This document shows, one piece after another, positions 13,264 to 28,644 of a stretch of DNA of 64,000 nucleotides (the first letter of the stretch is position 1; each line of letters opens with the position of its first letter). Both the position numbers and the translations under genes were made by a program. Source of the DNA: Octopus vulgaris (taxonomy: Eukaryota); assembly GCA_951406725.2 (NCBI GenBank), contig OX597819.1:82894001-82958000 (forward strand), written 5' to 3'. The notes beneath the pieces are model-generated. The model saw only the letters and a program-made list of their open reading frames with translations, did not search any database and was not told the origin of the DNA.

Positions 13264-16200
13264 AAGAGATTTGGGGATATAAAAGTCTCATAGAATCAGA
13301 TGTGCTAGTGAAAGAGAATGAATATTAAAAGTACTTGGGCACTTGCTTAAGAACACCCCAAACTTGTTGACCATTATGCCGGATCCTGACAGACTCAGTT
13401 TTTACTATTGACAAGGGGAAGGATTTGAATTCAGAATGCACAGAACCAAAATAGACATGGCAAGACATTTTGTTTGAGATGCTAACATTCCATTAATCTA
13501 CCATCTTGCATTAGTACTTTATTTACTAATTCACAAAGAAAATCAAAGTGAAGATGGTCAAAGCACGATTTTATTTCAGTGTGCAAAGAACTAAGAGAAC
13601 TTGAGCGAACACCGCAAGGTGCTTTGTCGAATACTGAAACAGGACTGCAAATGTAATTGCATGCACACATGCATGTTTACAAAGGGCTTCAGTACAGTTT
13701 CTACTGAATAATTCTAGTCACAGAGAATTGGTCATCTTGAGGCTGTGGCAGATGGTGCTTTCTCAAACAGTGGACTGAAACCTGGAACCATTTGTTTCCA
13801 AAGCAAACTTCTTGGTCACATAGCCATACCTTCTCCCATGTCATTTTATAGATATTTTTCTTGTGATATCATTATGTTTGTTATAGTAATAAGTGTATAT
13901 TAACAGGTTCACAACACACCACTATCTTTACTTTTCCAGAAAAATGTCATATTCTAGTTGGAATCACAGTAATTCGCTGAAATTCAATTCATTTCAATCA
14001 GCATCATTTTCAGTTTTGTTTTTCTTTCAAATACAGATGGTTGTGAAAATCAACGCTGCGAATTCTATGCCGTTTGTCAAAGTGATGGTAAAAATGCCAA
14101 ATGTGTATGTCCATCGGCCTGTGTGGAGGTAAATCACGTTTTTTGTTTTATAACTGGTAAATATTTTAGTAGTGTAATTGTCCAACAGATTTGACCCAAG
14201 ACTTCATGTTAAAATCTAAGGAGTTACATTGCCTTATTTTAGGATGGTATTTATATATTAGTAAGTATTGAAGTATTTATGTACATCTGTGATCTGGTTG
14301 TTAAAATTTTATTCCACTGTATTTCAGTAGAGTAGAGGATAGGTGACTGGAATTTTGATGTATGAAAAAATATTTTGGTTACTTAATAATACATAGTATT
14401 TTTGTTTGTTTTAAATTCCTATAATAATTCTGCCACAAACTGCACAACACAGTTTGTGAAACACTTTTTAATCATGACAACTTAAATTCTCTTTTCATTC
14501 TGTATATGAAAAATAATTGTATGTTAATCCTCTATCAATATATATGGTATTATTTATTCTCTATTACACATGTTCCATTTGCTAATAGGAATTAAAAAGA
14601 TTTACATGTTATATAGAGATGTGAGAAATTTCCTATTAGAAAATCTTCAGACAGAGAAAATTTTCATGATACAAAAATATATCATATTATAAATAAAAAT
14701 AGAATGTTTAAAAATGAATTATAAGAAATCTATTTATATAGAATATTTTAAATTTTAGTTTATGTTTGGTGACTTTCTAATTTACAATACAGTAAATACC
14801 AATTAAATTAGATAGCTGATTTTGAAGTGTATTTAGGGCCTAATTAAATTTCTCTTGGATTCTTATTAATATTTTACCTTTGTATGAACTATACTCTGAA
14901 AACCATTTGTCTAGCAGCAGATATTATTGAATCAGTAGAGCACCAAAATAGATGCTTTGCTATATCTGCTTTAGAGATTCACTAAATTCAAATCCTCAAG
15001 ACAGTTTGAATTTCATTTTTCTTAATACTCATGCAGTGGAATCAATATGATCAGTTACTTCCATATACTTACTTGTAAACAGAGCTTTGTACCATAAAAA
15101 AATAAACTGTTCTTTCCATCTGCTCTAATGTTGTTTAGGTGTACTATCAGTCATTATAAGTGAAGATGCATACCATAGTGATTAGGATGTTGGGTTGACA
15201 ATCAGGAAATCATGAGATCATAGATTTGATTCTTGGAGAAAGCAATATATCGTGTTCTTGGAGCCAAGCATTTCATTTCACACTGCTCAAGTCAACTCAG
15301 CTGAAATGAGTATCAGCTGAGCATTGATGCAGGCTTCTCTCCCTTCAGCTGTCACATTTTGGACATTCCACTGTATCAAAGGTGTAAGGAATGAGTGGGT
15401 GTCTATGTCTGCTCACAAGTGACACAGAGTCACCTAAAATACTTAATGATACTATTCTCCATGCAACCATCTCAGTCTTACATGCTTGCAAATGATGACT
15501 ATGTTCTAATAATAGGGTCAGGTCTGGTCAGATGTGTGGGCATACTCCTTTGCAGCATATTACTGCATAGTCTATTTGTCAGTATATTCCCAGGTCCTCC
15601 CAAGCGACCTGTCAGGTAGAGCTCTAGTCAGTCTCCATCTCCACAAGACATCTTCTCATCTGCTGTGGCATGTGGTCAACCTGCTTGAGCCATCAACTTA
15701 GTTGGATTCTCAAAGAATATGGTAAACAGTACCTTACTCGGAAAATCAAGCAATATGGCCAAATGGTCTGAGCTGGCATTCCCAAATCATACCAGTAACA
15801 GGATGCATCCCACTTTCTGAATACGAAATCTGACCAATGGTAATTTGACCATAATCCTTCAAAGTGTCCTGGTACCAAAAGAGTTTAGATGGCTCCTAAG
15901 GAACTTGGACAGTGTCCAAGTCTCACAACTATAGAACAGGGAGGACCAGAGACCTAAAACCCTGAACCTTTGTCCTCCTGCACAGATATCAGCAGTACTA
16001 AACACCCTTGTCCAATGATTACACAGCTGCACTAGCTCATCCAAGTCTTTTCAGGACTTCAGACTCACAGTTAACACCACTATAAATCTCATTGCTGAGA
16101 TAAGTGAAGTGGTCAACAACTTCAGCATTCTCAACCACAACAGAAGCAGATGAGGTGGAGTCCTCCAAGAAATAAATGAAAGACTGGATCTTTGTCTTAA

Positions 16201-19200
16201 CCCAAGAGACTCACTCAGTGAAAGGAGAATGTTCCTTAAGACATCCAGAAACACAGCAAGAATAACTGTGATAGCAAAATCTAGTTCTGTAATACTAGTT
16301 TCATCAATGAGTGCACCACAACTCAATCAAGCAACCATTTGACTGAGCATCCAATCCATGCAAGCATTGAACAGAGGAGGAGCTGAGACACAACCCTAAC
16401 TGGAAAAAGGTCAGATGTTGAGCCCCAATCTGAACTGCATTGATTTTTCTATTGTACAAGACCAGCATCAGTCCAATCAGTTGAGGATGTATACCTTGCA
16501 GCTTCAGAACCTTCTAAAGCATATCTCAGTCCACCAAGTCAAACACCTTATAGATGTTAACATAAGCTACAAGCAGCCTCTGCTGAAAGCTCATCTTGTG
16601 TTCAATGAGTACACAAAGAGCCAGGATCCTTTCAATAGTTGACCTCTTTGGTGTGAACTCTGACTGTTCCAGCCTCTGAAATGTGAGCAGGTAATTTTTC
16701 ACTCTCTTCAGGATAACCCTGAATCCTCATAGATTTCTCAGACTTGCTTTTCCTTGTTGGACCTCAGTACACTGACTATCCCACATGTCAGTCTTCAAAA
16801 CAAATAATAAGGGATTCCATCCAGTCTCATCCAGCAGCTATGCTCCATCAATGCTTCACATGGAATGGAAATGTTTCCTGGCTTGATTTTGGAAACCAGT
16901 AGGGTGTCCCTGTATGTTTTCCACATTTCCACAGGATCAGATGAGGAGTCAACCCCAGGTAGCACAGATCCAAATTACTGCAAATAAGTCTTGCTTACAC
17001 TGTGACCTTTGAGCCTGTCTATATCCAGTCTAGAACTGGCTGCCTTCAGCTTCTTAGACTTCAGCCTCAATCTCAATTCAGCCATGACAAGTCTATGGTC
17101 AGTGCCCAAAAAATAAACACTCTGAAAAATCCTGCAGTTCTGTAGGAGTCTCCAGCAGCCATCTATAAGTATGTGGTCGATCTCCTTTTCCACATGGCCA
17201 GCATTGTAATACTAAGTCCAGCAATGCTGCTCAGAATGTAAGGACCAGCAGCCAGCTATGCAAAATCTACGGCTTTTGGTAAAATCCAGGAACATCTCAC
17301 CTCTTTCATTCCTAGCACCAGCTCATAAAAAGGCTGACAACTCTTGCAATCCATTCTAACCCTAACCGATGCATTGAAATCTATGACCAAGAATGTGTTC
17401 CTGATGGGGATACTCTCCACAACAGAGCACAGCTGGTTGTAGAATGACCTGTCAGGGTATACACTACAACCAGGAAAATGATACCTGGAGAATGTTGAAT
17501 ACTTGGCCACATAATACACTCATTGTCAGGTGTTAAGTTTAATATAATTAGAACCAACCTGCTAACCATTGCAACTGCTACTACACTGGCAAGCTAGCTC
17601 TTAGAGCACCCAGACCAGTGGTAGGTGTAACCACTCATTGAGATGTCACCCCTTTCTGGCTGACACACCTGATAAGGCTGCCACAGCAACTCACAAATGG
17701 CTGAGTTTCAAAAACATCAGGGCCAGACAGGAATCATCCCTCAGTGAGAGGACATTCTAAGTCCCCACCTGAATAGGTCTCCAGGACTGGTGCTCCACTC
17801 TGTATTGTAAAAGGCAACTAAAAGAAGTTGAGTTAGGATCTGCACAACCTCATAAAGCCCTCACTAGCAATAACCTCTTGTACGAACCCAAAAGTTCCTT
17901 CCTCCAGGGACATACCTCAGCTTTATGAAGCAACTAGGGCAAAACCACCGGGGGCCCCTATCTGCCAAAAGAGGAAAACCCTCGAGGACAAGAGGGTTGT
18001 TGCCTGAGTGGTGCAAACATGACATCTACCAGGTGTAAGAAATCTCAATTACAATACGAATCTGTTTAATTTTTATTTAATAATCATAATACATTCTATC
18101 TAATATCTCTCAAATGGAAACCAAAATCAGTGAATGGAATTATACTTCAACAGAAAACCTTATATCTACATGCAGAAACATAGATCAAGTGACTTCTAAG
18201 ATCTTGAAGTTTTTTTACTTTTCTGTAAACTGTATTTCTACATAGAGCTTCCTGTATAACATAATTGGAAATATCATTTTTTTTTATTATTATACTTGAA
18301 TGGTTTCTGTAATCTACTTCAGGTTGAGAATAAGGTATGTGGAACAAACAGGATTACTTACCAGAATGAGTGTGAACTAAAGGTTGCTTCATGTCGCGAT
18401 CAAAAACTAATTGAAGTGGAATCTCGTGGTGATTGCAGTAAGTAAAAATCATTTCTCACTATTCAACAAAGGAATTGTTCAATGTTTCTATATATCACAT
18501 GAAAATTGTGTTATTGTTGTTGAAGAAATATCATATCAACTTGAAATTTCAAGAAAGTTAAGCATATTTTTTTTCTTTGTCACTGACTTAAGATTTCCTT
18601 TATTTGAAATATTGTATTGTCAATATCTTTCACTGTTGAACAAATGCCTTGAGCTACTTTTACATTATCAGGCAAGCTGTGGGATAAGTTTCATCACCAT
18701 CATAATTGTTATTCTCATCATCATCATAATCATCATCAACATCATATTCTCCTCTACTTCCTTACTTGACATGTTACATCTGACATGAGTTGCATAAACA
18801 CAATCTTTATGTTGAGAATATATTGATTATAAAGTGTTTTATTATGTTGCTAAACCTGATAATTCCATTTTGCATCAGTTTACCAGTAGTAAGGAATAAG
18901 TATTGGAACTTTCAAACAAAATATGCTTGTGATAGACATAACATTCTATCTAAGTAAATTTGTTTCTTAACTCCTTAGCATCACAGAAGCAGGACTCTAT
19001 GTAATTCATCAAGCAGTTCTGTTTTTTTACAAACTTCAATGCTATTCAATGAATTATTTCAATATCTTCAAGATCATATAGACTGTAAATGCTAAATAGA
19101 ATTTATCATTTTTGTTTCTTGAAGAAATTGATTTTATTATATATTTTTATAAATCTATTCATTTTTGTACTAAAATTTAGGCCATATCTACTAAAGTGTG

Positions 19201-19961
19201 ACTTAAATTTACAACAGAACTAATATATTGTGTATCGACTAGCAGACTAAATTTATATTGTTACAAAATTTATTAAACATATTTTATTCAGTGGTGAATG
19301 TGGAGGCACATAGCCTAGTTGTTAGAGCAGTGGACTCGCAGTCAAGGGATCATGGGTTCAAATCTCAGACCGAGTGGTGTGTGTGTTTATGAGAAAAACA
19401 CCTAAGCTCCACGCGGCAGAAGGTAATGGCGAACTTCTGCTGATTCTTTCACCACAACTTTCTCTCCCTCTTTCCTCCTGCATCTTGCAGCTCACCTGCG
19501 ATGGACCGGCATCCCGTCCAGGTGGGGAACCTATACACTAAGGAAACCGGGAAACCAGCCCTTACGAGCCAGCAGTGGCTTGAGAAGGAACAAACAGTTC
19601 AGTGGTGAACTGAATAAAATCCAGCTATCTTGGCTAAGCAATGATGAGTTTATTCACAAGTACAGTATTATAAACCAGTCTCAGAATAGTCGAGTATAAC
19701 TATACTTTTCTATTCAGTCATGTCTGATGATTGTATGGTTGTTACATGATCTTTTCACACTTGAAAGGTTCTTCAACATGAAAGCATTTGGTAACATGAA
19801 ATAGCTATCAAGAAATTAAATTCATAACTTTGCATGAATAATGTAGCCACTCTATTACCTAAAAATATGAGTGACTCTTTTTTCAAACTTGTGAAAATTC
19901 ATTGGACAACTAAACACACACACACATTCATATACTATATATATATGTCATATATATATTT

Positions 19962-20012
<51 letters not shown>

Positions 20013-22246
20013 AAAGCATAGTCGTACAACTTCACAATTTCACTGATAAATAATAAATTTCAATGACTTTCTAATCTGAATTTTGAAGAAAATTCACGTG
20101 GAAATTTTTCTGTTAAGCAAAATAATAACTTTCATTAATTCCCTTATATTATGATATTCAATTTCATACTTTATTGTGCTTTTGTTTAATTCTTAAATGA
20201 CAATTAGCTGATACCAAATTTAAGAACACTATTAAAATCCCTATTTTAATTGACATAAGCAACAATAAATGATTCCTCTCTTAGTATTATCTCTGTTAAG
20301 GGACATTTTCTGCACTAGTCTTCTCACATAGAAATAACTACTCAAAGGATGATTTTTTGTGATGAGTACAGCTCAAGTATTTAAATATACATTCTAAAAT
20401 GAGGGCTATCCTGTTAAAAGTGTGAGTGCATTCTAAATAAAAGCTTTTGTTTTGTCTTTTCAGATAAATGTGCGAAAATTCGTTGTCCATTTGGATCAAC
20501 ATGTGAGAATGGTATGTGTGTATGTCCTTCAGAATGTCCTGCAGATTTTGAAGTGCTTTGTGCCAGCAATGGACAGGTCTACAATAATGAGTGTGAGATG
20601 AAAAGATATGCATGCTTAAAGAAAACCGAATTATACATTGTCAACAATGGGCCCTGTGACGAAATATCAGGATCTGGCATTGGCAAGTATTACATTTGTT
20701 TATTCCATTTTAAAATTTGATACTGGATTAACTATACCATGCAACAGAAATTTACACACTCCTAATCTACTAATAATGTTTATTATTATCATTATTATTA
20801 TTTGGAGTATGCAGTTGAAGTAGCATTGACTAAAAATAGTCATCTATGTATCATACTTAATGTACATACTTCATTGACTGGAAATATATAGCAGTTTTCA
20901 TCTCTGATAAAAAAATTTTACACATGTACTATTTTAAACTCTTAATATATATTGGAGAGAGATGAAAAATTATATTGACAGTAGGTAGTGAGAACAGCAG
21001 ATACACTTCAACTTTCTTGAGCCCTCTCAATGATGTGTATTCACAACCACATGCCTAGACAAAATCTCACCGCTGATATATAGGAAACAGTAATGAATAA
21101 ATTCAGAGACTAAATAAAATCCAGAGTATAGATTAAATTAAAAAGCCATCTATCTAACATACTTAAGGTATGCTATTATTATTATTGTTATTATTATTAT
21201 TATCGTATGAAAACTTACAGCTTATTTTGCTGGGTATGATGGAAAGTGTCAGCTGTTCACAGTCAACAGACTAAGGTGACACTTGTTTACTGGTCATGTT
21301 TCAAGAACCCTGTTAAGGATTCTTGCAGTTCCAAGCAATGCTGATTTTGTAGGCATTCTACCTTCACACTTGCACCGATCTTTTTCAACCATGTTGGTAG
21401 CTGAGTGCTGATACTTCCAAATGCACCAGTTACTAATGTCTACTCTCTTCATAGACCACAACCTTTGTATTTCCCACTTTAAATCATCGTAGTTGTTTAT
21501 TTTTTCTTCTTTCACATTGATCCTGTTGTCACTGGGGCATGCTATGTCGATTATCATACATTTTCTTTATTTTTTATTCACCACAACAATGTCTGGTTTC
21601 CTATGTCTAGTCAGTTGATCACACTGGATCATTACATCCTACAGGATTTTGCAGTTCTCATTTTCAGTGGCTCCTTCTAGGGTTTGCTCATATCACATAT
21701 TTGCTTTTTGTAGGCCGTGATTTCCACAGAGCTCCCAGTGGATCATTCTTGCCACATTGTCATGGCATCATTTGTATTCATGTTCTGCCCATTTTGGACA
21801 TTCGCTAACAATGTGCCATACTGTTTCACCCCTCTCACCACACATTCTGCATTTGTCACTATTGGTAGTGTTGTCAATTCTGCACTTCATATAACTGGTC
21901 CTCTGTATCTGTCTTGCAAACTGACCATACATTTTTTTCTTTCCATGCTTTTTCTTTTGTTTATTTCTTGTTTAACTTTTTCTTTGGTTACACAATTTTC
22001 CCTAAGCTGTTTTCCACTTCTTTGATACAGTCCTGGTAACTGATCAAACCTCTCCCACCTTTTCTTCTGGACAAATACAGCCTATCAGTGTCATTCTTAG
22101 GAGGGAAGGGTTCGTGTACCGTCACCATTTTTCTGGTCTTGGTATCCATTTTCTTCATTTCTCTCTTTCACCATTTTATAATTCCCTCTCCATACTGAAG
22201 TGATGCTATCGCCCACACATTAACTGCTTAGATTTTATCACATCCA

Positions 22247-22290
<44 letters not shown>

Positions 22291-25172
22291 TACTATTACT
22301 ATTATTCAATTGTTTCATTTTTACTTCATGGTTTCACAGTACTATGAAGTGCAGCACTACGTATTTTAGGTATGTGCTGTTATTTGTTTTGTGTTATTTT
22401 TACTGTATTGAAAGAGCTCTATATAAGATATGTGCACTGCCTTGCAGTGCTATTTACTGTATGCTATACATATTTGCAAGTCGTGGTAGTTTGGTTAAGT
22501 ATTTGTCATATTTTTTTGCCATACCTAAAGTACTTGTTATGATAGGGATTGTTTTTTAAGATAAACACTCAGGTTATTTCTATTTCCTTATCTTTGTATT
22601 TCAATAGGTTTCTTTCTGATAGGAATGATACATCGATTTGGAGATTTTTTTTTTTTTTCTTGGTATCCTCAACAACATCTGGTCAAATATCCTTGATATC
22701 TTTATCTGAGTATATTTACATATCCCAAAGTATGATTGCTTTGTTATTATCTGAAACCTTTTCTGAATTATGCTTATATTATCTTTTCACTGTTGGCATT
22801 CCATAGAGTTGACACATATACATGTGTATATCTCTGTCATGTCTGGGGAGATATTCCTTCTTAGACAAGACTGCGTGGGCAGAGATAATTATGATTTATT
22901 CTTTTTTTCCCCATCACCATAAATTTTGCAGTTACTAATTGTATTGTGTTTCATTCTGTGTTTTTTTGGGTTTTTTTGTTTTGGTAGGTGGTTAGTGAAG
23001 GTGATGAGTGGACTTGATTTTGTGCTGCAATTAAGAATCTTTCACTCTCTTCTTTGAGTCTCATGCTTTTCAGTCAGTGCTGAGATTTTATCATTATTAT
23101 TATTATTATTATTATTCAGTAGTTTTATTTTTATTTTTATAGCGTGCTTTCACTTCACTACCGAGCGCAGCTCTGTGTGCCTTGGGTATGTGCTGTGATT
23201 TGTTGTGATGCTCTGATGGTTATTGTATGGAAAGTGTTCTGCGTAGGATGTGTGCAGTGCCTAGTAGTGCAATTTTCTGTATGTTATATGTGTTTGTAAG
23301 TCCTGGTGTTTTTGTTATGTATTTGTCTGAATATTTTTTTATCATGCCTAATGCACCTACTATGATAGGAATTGTTTCTGTTTTCAGATTCCACATTCTA
23401 GTTACCTCTATTTCCAGGTCTTTGTATTTTGAGAGTTTCTCCATTTCTTTTAGAGACACGTTGTCATCTGCCGGTACTGATACATCAATTAGAAAGCATT
23501 TTTTTCTTCATGGTCTCTGACAACTATATCTGGTCTGTTGGCCTTAATTTCTCTATCTGTGTGTATCGGCATATCCCAGAGTATGGTTGCTTTCTCGTTT
23601 TCTGTGACCTTTTCTGGTGTGTGCCTATACCATCTTTTTTCTGTTGTTATTCCATAATGTTGGCATAGCTTCCAATGTATGTAAGTTCCAACTCTGTCAT
23701 GTCTGTGAATATATTCCTTCTTAGCCAGGACTGGGCAGCTAGAGATAATATGATTTATTGTTTCTTGTCCATCTCCACATATTCTGCAGTTACTTGTAAT
23801 ATTTCTTTTCATTACATGTTTTTGGTAATTTCTGGTGGGGAGGCTTTGGTCTTGTGCTGCAATTAAAAATCCCTCTGTTTCTGCTTTGAGTCCTGAGCTT
23901 CTCAACCATTGCTGGGATTTTTCTTTGTCTATTTCTTTTGCGTTTAGTTTAGTCCAGTATTTACCATGAAGGGGCTTTTCTTGCCATCATTTTATCATGG
24001 TTCTTTGCTGTTCTAGTTTTAGTTTGGATTTCATTTGTTTTATAGCTTTTGTTGTTTCTTCATCTTCTTCTTCTTCTTCTTCATGTTTATTAGGTGGTAT
24101 GATTTCTTGTTTGTATTTGTCAGCTTCCTTAAATACTGAGAACAGTTTTTTGTTTTGCTCGTGTTTTGCCGCTATCTGGATCAGTTTTCCTTCCTTCTGA
24201 AGTAGATATTTTTGCAGTCCTATGGTGGTTATTTTATAGTAGTTTTCCAGCTGTATAAGGCCTCTACCACCTTCTATACGTTGTATATATAGTCTTTCTA
24301 TGTCAGATTTTGGGTGATGCATCCTAGATCCTGTCATTATTTTTCTTGTTTTCCTGTCTATTTTGGTCAGTTCATTTCGTGTCCAGTTAAGGATATTGTA
24401 GCTGTAACTTATAACTGGGACAGCTAAAGTGTTGATACCTATTATCTTGTTTTTAGCATTGAGCTCTGTGTTTAGTATTGATCTAACTCGTCTATAATAT
24501 TCTGTTTTTATTTTCTCTTTCATTTGTGTGTGTTGTGTCTTATCTAGTTCATGGATTCCTAAGTATTTGTAAGTTTGGCTTTGGTCTAATTCTTTTATTT
24601 CATTTGCTTCATCTAGTGTGATGTTGTTACTCTTAACTAGTTTTCCTCTTTTCATGGTTACTTTGGCGCATTTTTCTAATCCAAATTTCATATCTATTTC
24701 TTTGGTAAATCCATGAACTGTCTTTAATAGTGTTTCCAGCTGTTTATCATTTGCAGCGTATAGTTTTAGGTCATCCATATATAAAAGGTGGCTGATCGTT
24801 TTGCCGTAACATTTATATCCGCATCCAGTTCTATTTAGCATATCAGATAGAGGTGACAGTGCCAAGCAGAAAAGGAGTGGAGAGAGCGTATCTCCCTGGA
24901 ATATTCCTCTTCTAATGGGGATGTCTTTGGTTTTCATGAGTCCCTCTTTTGTTTGGAGGTGTAGGACTGTTTGCCATTTATTCATAGAGTGCTCTATGAA
25001 TTTTATGATTGTTGGTGCTACTTTGTTAATGGCTAGTGTTTCGAGGATCCATGTGTGGGGGATGCTATCAAACGCCTTTTTGTAGTCAATCCAGGCCATA
25101 CTGAGGCCTTTCTTCTTTCTGTGGCTGTCTTCAGTTATGGCTTTATTAATCATTAGTTGATCTTTACAGCCA

Positions 25173-25221
<49 letters not shown>

Positions 25222-28200
25222 GTTGTTGTTGTGTTTTGCCTTTGCGTTAATATATTCAAGCTGCACCCAAGTTTCAACCAGAGACATTAAGGGACCTACT
25301 ACTACTACTACAATTATTATTTGCTGAAATTCCGCTGAGGTTGACTTTACCTTTCATGCTTTCTGTCAATAAAATAAGTTCCAGCCAAGTGCTGGGGTTG
25401 ATGTAATTGACTATATCACTCCCCCCAAAATTTCATGTTATATGCCTATAGTAGAAAGGATGATTATTTTTATTACTCAATATTAGTAATTTTTTAAAAA
25501 TTTATTTTGATTTTTATTTATTTTAATAATCAAAATTTTATCAACTTTAACTTTAAGAAAATATAAACCTCTCTACTTTTCATTTCAAGTATCAACTTCC
25601 TATTTTTCTTTTTTACGAGTTCTATAGTATGGAGATAATTTATGGAGGAATCAAGATTACAGTGTGGTTTGAATTTTCATTTGAAACCATTTCACTGTCT
25701 TTGCTAGTAACCTTGAAAAAGCATTAATACCAAAACTTCCTATTTCCAGGTTTTTTTTTTTTTACATAACTTTGGCTCATCTTTATCGTTTTCACTATTA
25801 TAAAGCTTTTTAATTATATACAAAATTTTATCTCATAGCTATTTTTCTGTCCCCACTTTCCATCTGGTCAATCGTTTAAGCAGAATCCTTGTTGCATATA
25901 AATATTGAGATTTTAAGCAATATTTTTTGGATAATATTTCTTGAATCTATACCTCAAATATTCAACAAAACTAAATGTTTACTTTCATTATTATAGTATC
26001 AGAAATCTTGTCTTTTTATGCTTATTTTCAACCTTGAAATGCATGTTGTAAATTGAGTGTGTGCACAGTCTTAACATGAATTGGAAGTAGTAACTTCTTT
26101 CTTAAGCAAGCAGATTAATACATCTGTGTATTTTACAATATGAGCAACCTTACCAATGAAGATGTATCCAATTGTATTTGAGCAATTAAAATTATTGCAA
26201 AAAAAAGTATTAAGATATATAAGAAGATTAAAGATTTTCATTTGAAATTTTTATAAATTTATTTTTTCAGTAGAGGGTTCTGGAAGTGGCTCAATCTGTG
26301 ATGAAACTTCGTGTAAATTCGGTGGTACTTGTGAATTGTCTGAAGGTAGTAATTACCACTGTACATGCAAGAATAGCTGTGACGCAATCAGGTAAGACTG
26401 GTTTCACAATTTCTCCCCAAATATTCCTTCAAATATAAGCACATTCCTTTTATCACTTAACAAAACTCAGTATCTTTAAATAAGGACAGTTACATATGGA
26501 TGGGTTTTAACCCTTTTTGATATCAGCCTTCCTGGTTTTATAATACTGTCTTCCTGAAAAGATTTGCAGATAAATCATTCCACACTTTCTGACTATAATT
26601 TCTTAAGTGTCTGTTCTTACAACCATTAATTGATAAGAAAAATGCTGTGTATTGAAAAACAAAAAAGCTCATGTTAGCAGGAGGTTCATAAATATTTGGG
26701 GTGGAATTTGTCTAGTCAGATGTTAAGACATTAGTCTCAATAGATAAGATGCTGCATGATGAAGATAAGTGTTTACATATTGCATTATACACCCATCTGA
26801 CATATAAAAATATAAAAATACAAGTATAAAAAAACAATGGAAAGGAAGAAGAGGTGGATAATAAAGATGAAAGCAACAGTATTGATGAATGCAAGGAAAT
26901 AGCTTAGATGAATTTACAATAAAAACATAGTTTTTTAAAGAAAATTTAGATGGGGAAGGGACTGCAAAGTTCCCTTTTGTAATTTACCTTTTCTCATTTA
27001 CTTGTTTCAGTTTTGATAGAGTGACTATGACAGAGGCATTGCCTTGAAGGATTTAACTGAACAAATCAACCCTAATACGTTTTTTTTTTTTTCAAGTTTG
27101 GCACTAATTCTATTGGTCTCTTTTGCTAAACTACTCAACTGTTTAAACAACCCACATTGATTATTAAGCAGTAAAGGGGGACAAACTCAAAAATGATCAC
27201 ACACACACATGCATACTTACACACATGCTCACATACACACATTATATATGATAGGCTTCCATCAATCAGATTCCCTCACAAGGCATTGGTTGAGTCAAGG
27301 ATATACTAGAAGTGACTTTCCAAGGCATCATACAGCATCATATGGCTGAAAAGTAGTGTTCTTTACATATAGCTGAAAAGTAAGGCCTATGGACAAATTT
27401 ACCAAAAATTTGAAGTTTATTACAAAGAAGAAATTTCTAATTGTCTTAAGGATGTTTTAGAGGAATGTATGAGTGACTAATCAGCTAATTGACATATTGA
27501 TCTCACATCAAAATATTTTGCTTATGCCTATCATACCACCCAGTTTAACACAACTACTTGGTCCATAGATACTTATAGCAGAGTTCACACTTTTGCAAGA
27601 TTTCAGACCAAATACAAACACTCCAGTTTCCTCAACCCTCATATTTTACTTGTTGTCATTAATTTGGGCTGGGTATTAGCTGCACCAGTCTCACCAGTCT
27701 GACTGAGGATGCAAAGCTCATTGGTTCTAACCTTTGCTAGTGTCTAATTAACAAAACGAAATAAAAGCCAATACAATTTGCAGACTTGTGTTATTAGAAT
27801 ACATGGCCATGAAATTAAACTTTGCTATTGTATTTTCTCTCCAGAAATAACACATTTAATCTATCTTGCCAACAATTGACACACCTGTACCTCCTAACTT
27901 AGCATTTAAGAGGACAAAATATGTCTGTCAATAAAACTACTTGTTCAGAATTTCAATTTCTATTTCATCAATGTTAAAAGCAACAACAAAAAATTAGATT
28001 TAAAACAGAATGAATGACCTTTAAATTATAAATAGTGTTAAATATCATCCCAAAATATTCTCTTTTCTAATTTTCAACATTATGTTATTTGCAACTGATC
28101 TAATTATTTCGGATACAAAATGCAGAATCACAACAGCATTACAAGGAAATTACATAGAAAACAATTTATGTTTTCACAGGTTTAGATATTTGTTGAAGTT

Positions 28201-28644
28201 CATAGGAAGTTGAAACTTGCAAGAAGTTGATTGTATTGTGAATATATATATATATATATATATATATTATTACAAACATAATACTGCCGCACTGGAAATA
28301 GCAGCCAAAATCTGACTCTAAAACCACATTAAGTGTTCATACAGCACCAGGAGAGAAGACAAAAGGACAAAATAAAACTAGCAAAAAATTATTGGATAAT
28401 TCCAGATCCCGGATTTCTGGTAGATATCTGAATATACATAGATATTTCTGGTAGATATCAGAATATATGCAGATATTTGCATATCTGTGGTTTTAAAGTC
28501 AGATTTTGGCTGCTATTTCCAGCGTGGCGGTATATCTTAGTTACCCTAAATTATGTTTTTAATAATAATTATTACCTTTGAAGGTTTTTATTCCCATGCT
28601 GGCCACTTGATAAGATCGATATTTAAATTAATGATCTTATCCTA

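Noticed and set aside
19299-19375. Possible tRNA-Arg gene
   Set aside because: Stems are imperfect and the sequence continues into a SINE body with a TSD.
20687-20692. Canonical GT donor (gtatta) for the Kazal exon
   Set aside because: It gives phase 2, incompatible with the phase-1 start of the next exon, and is a poor consensus match compared with G|GCAAGT.
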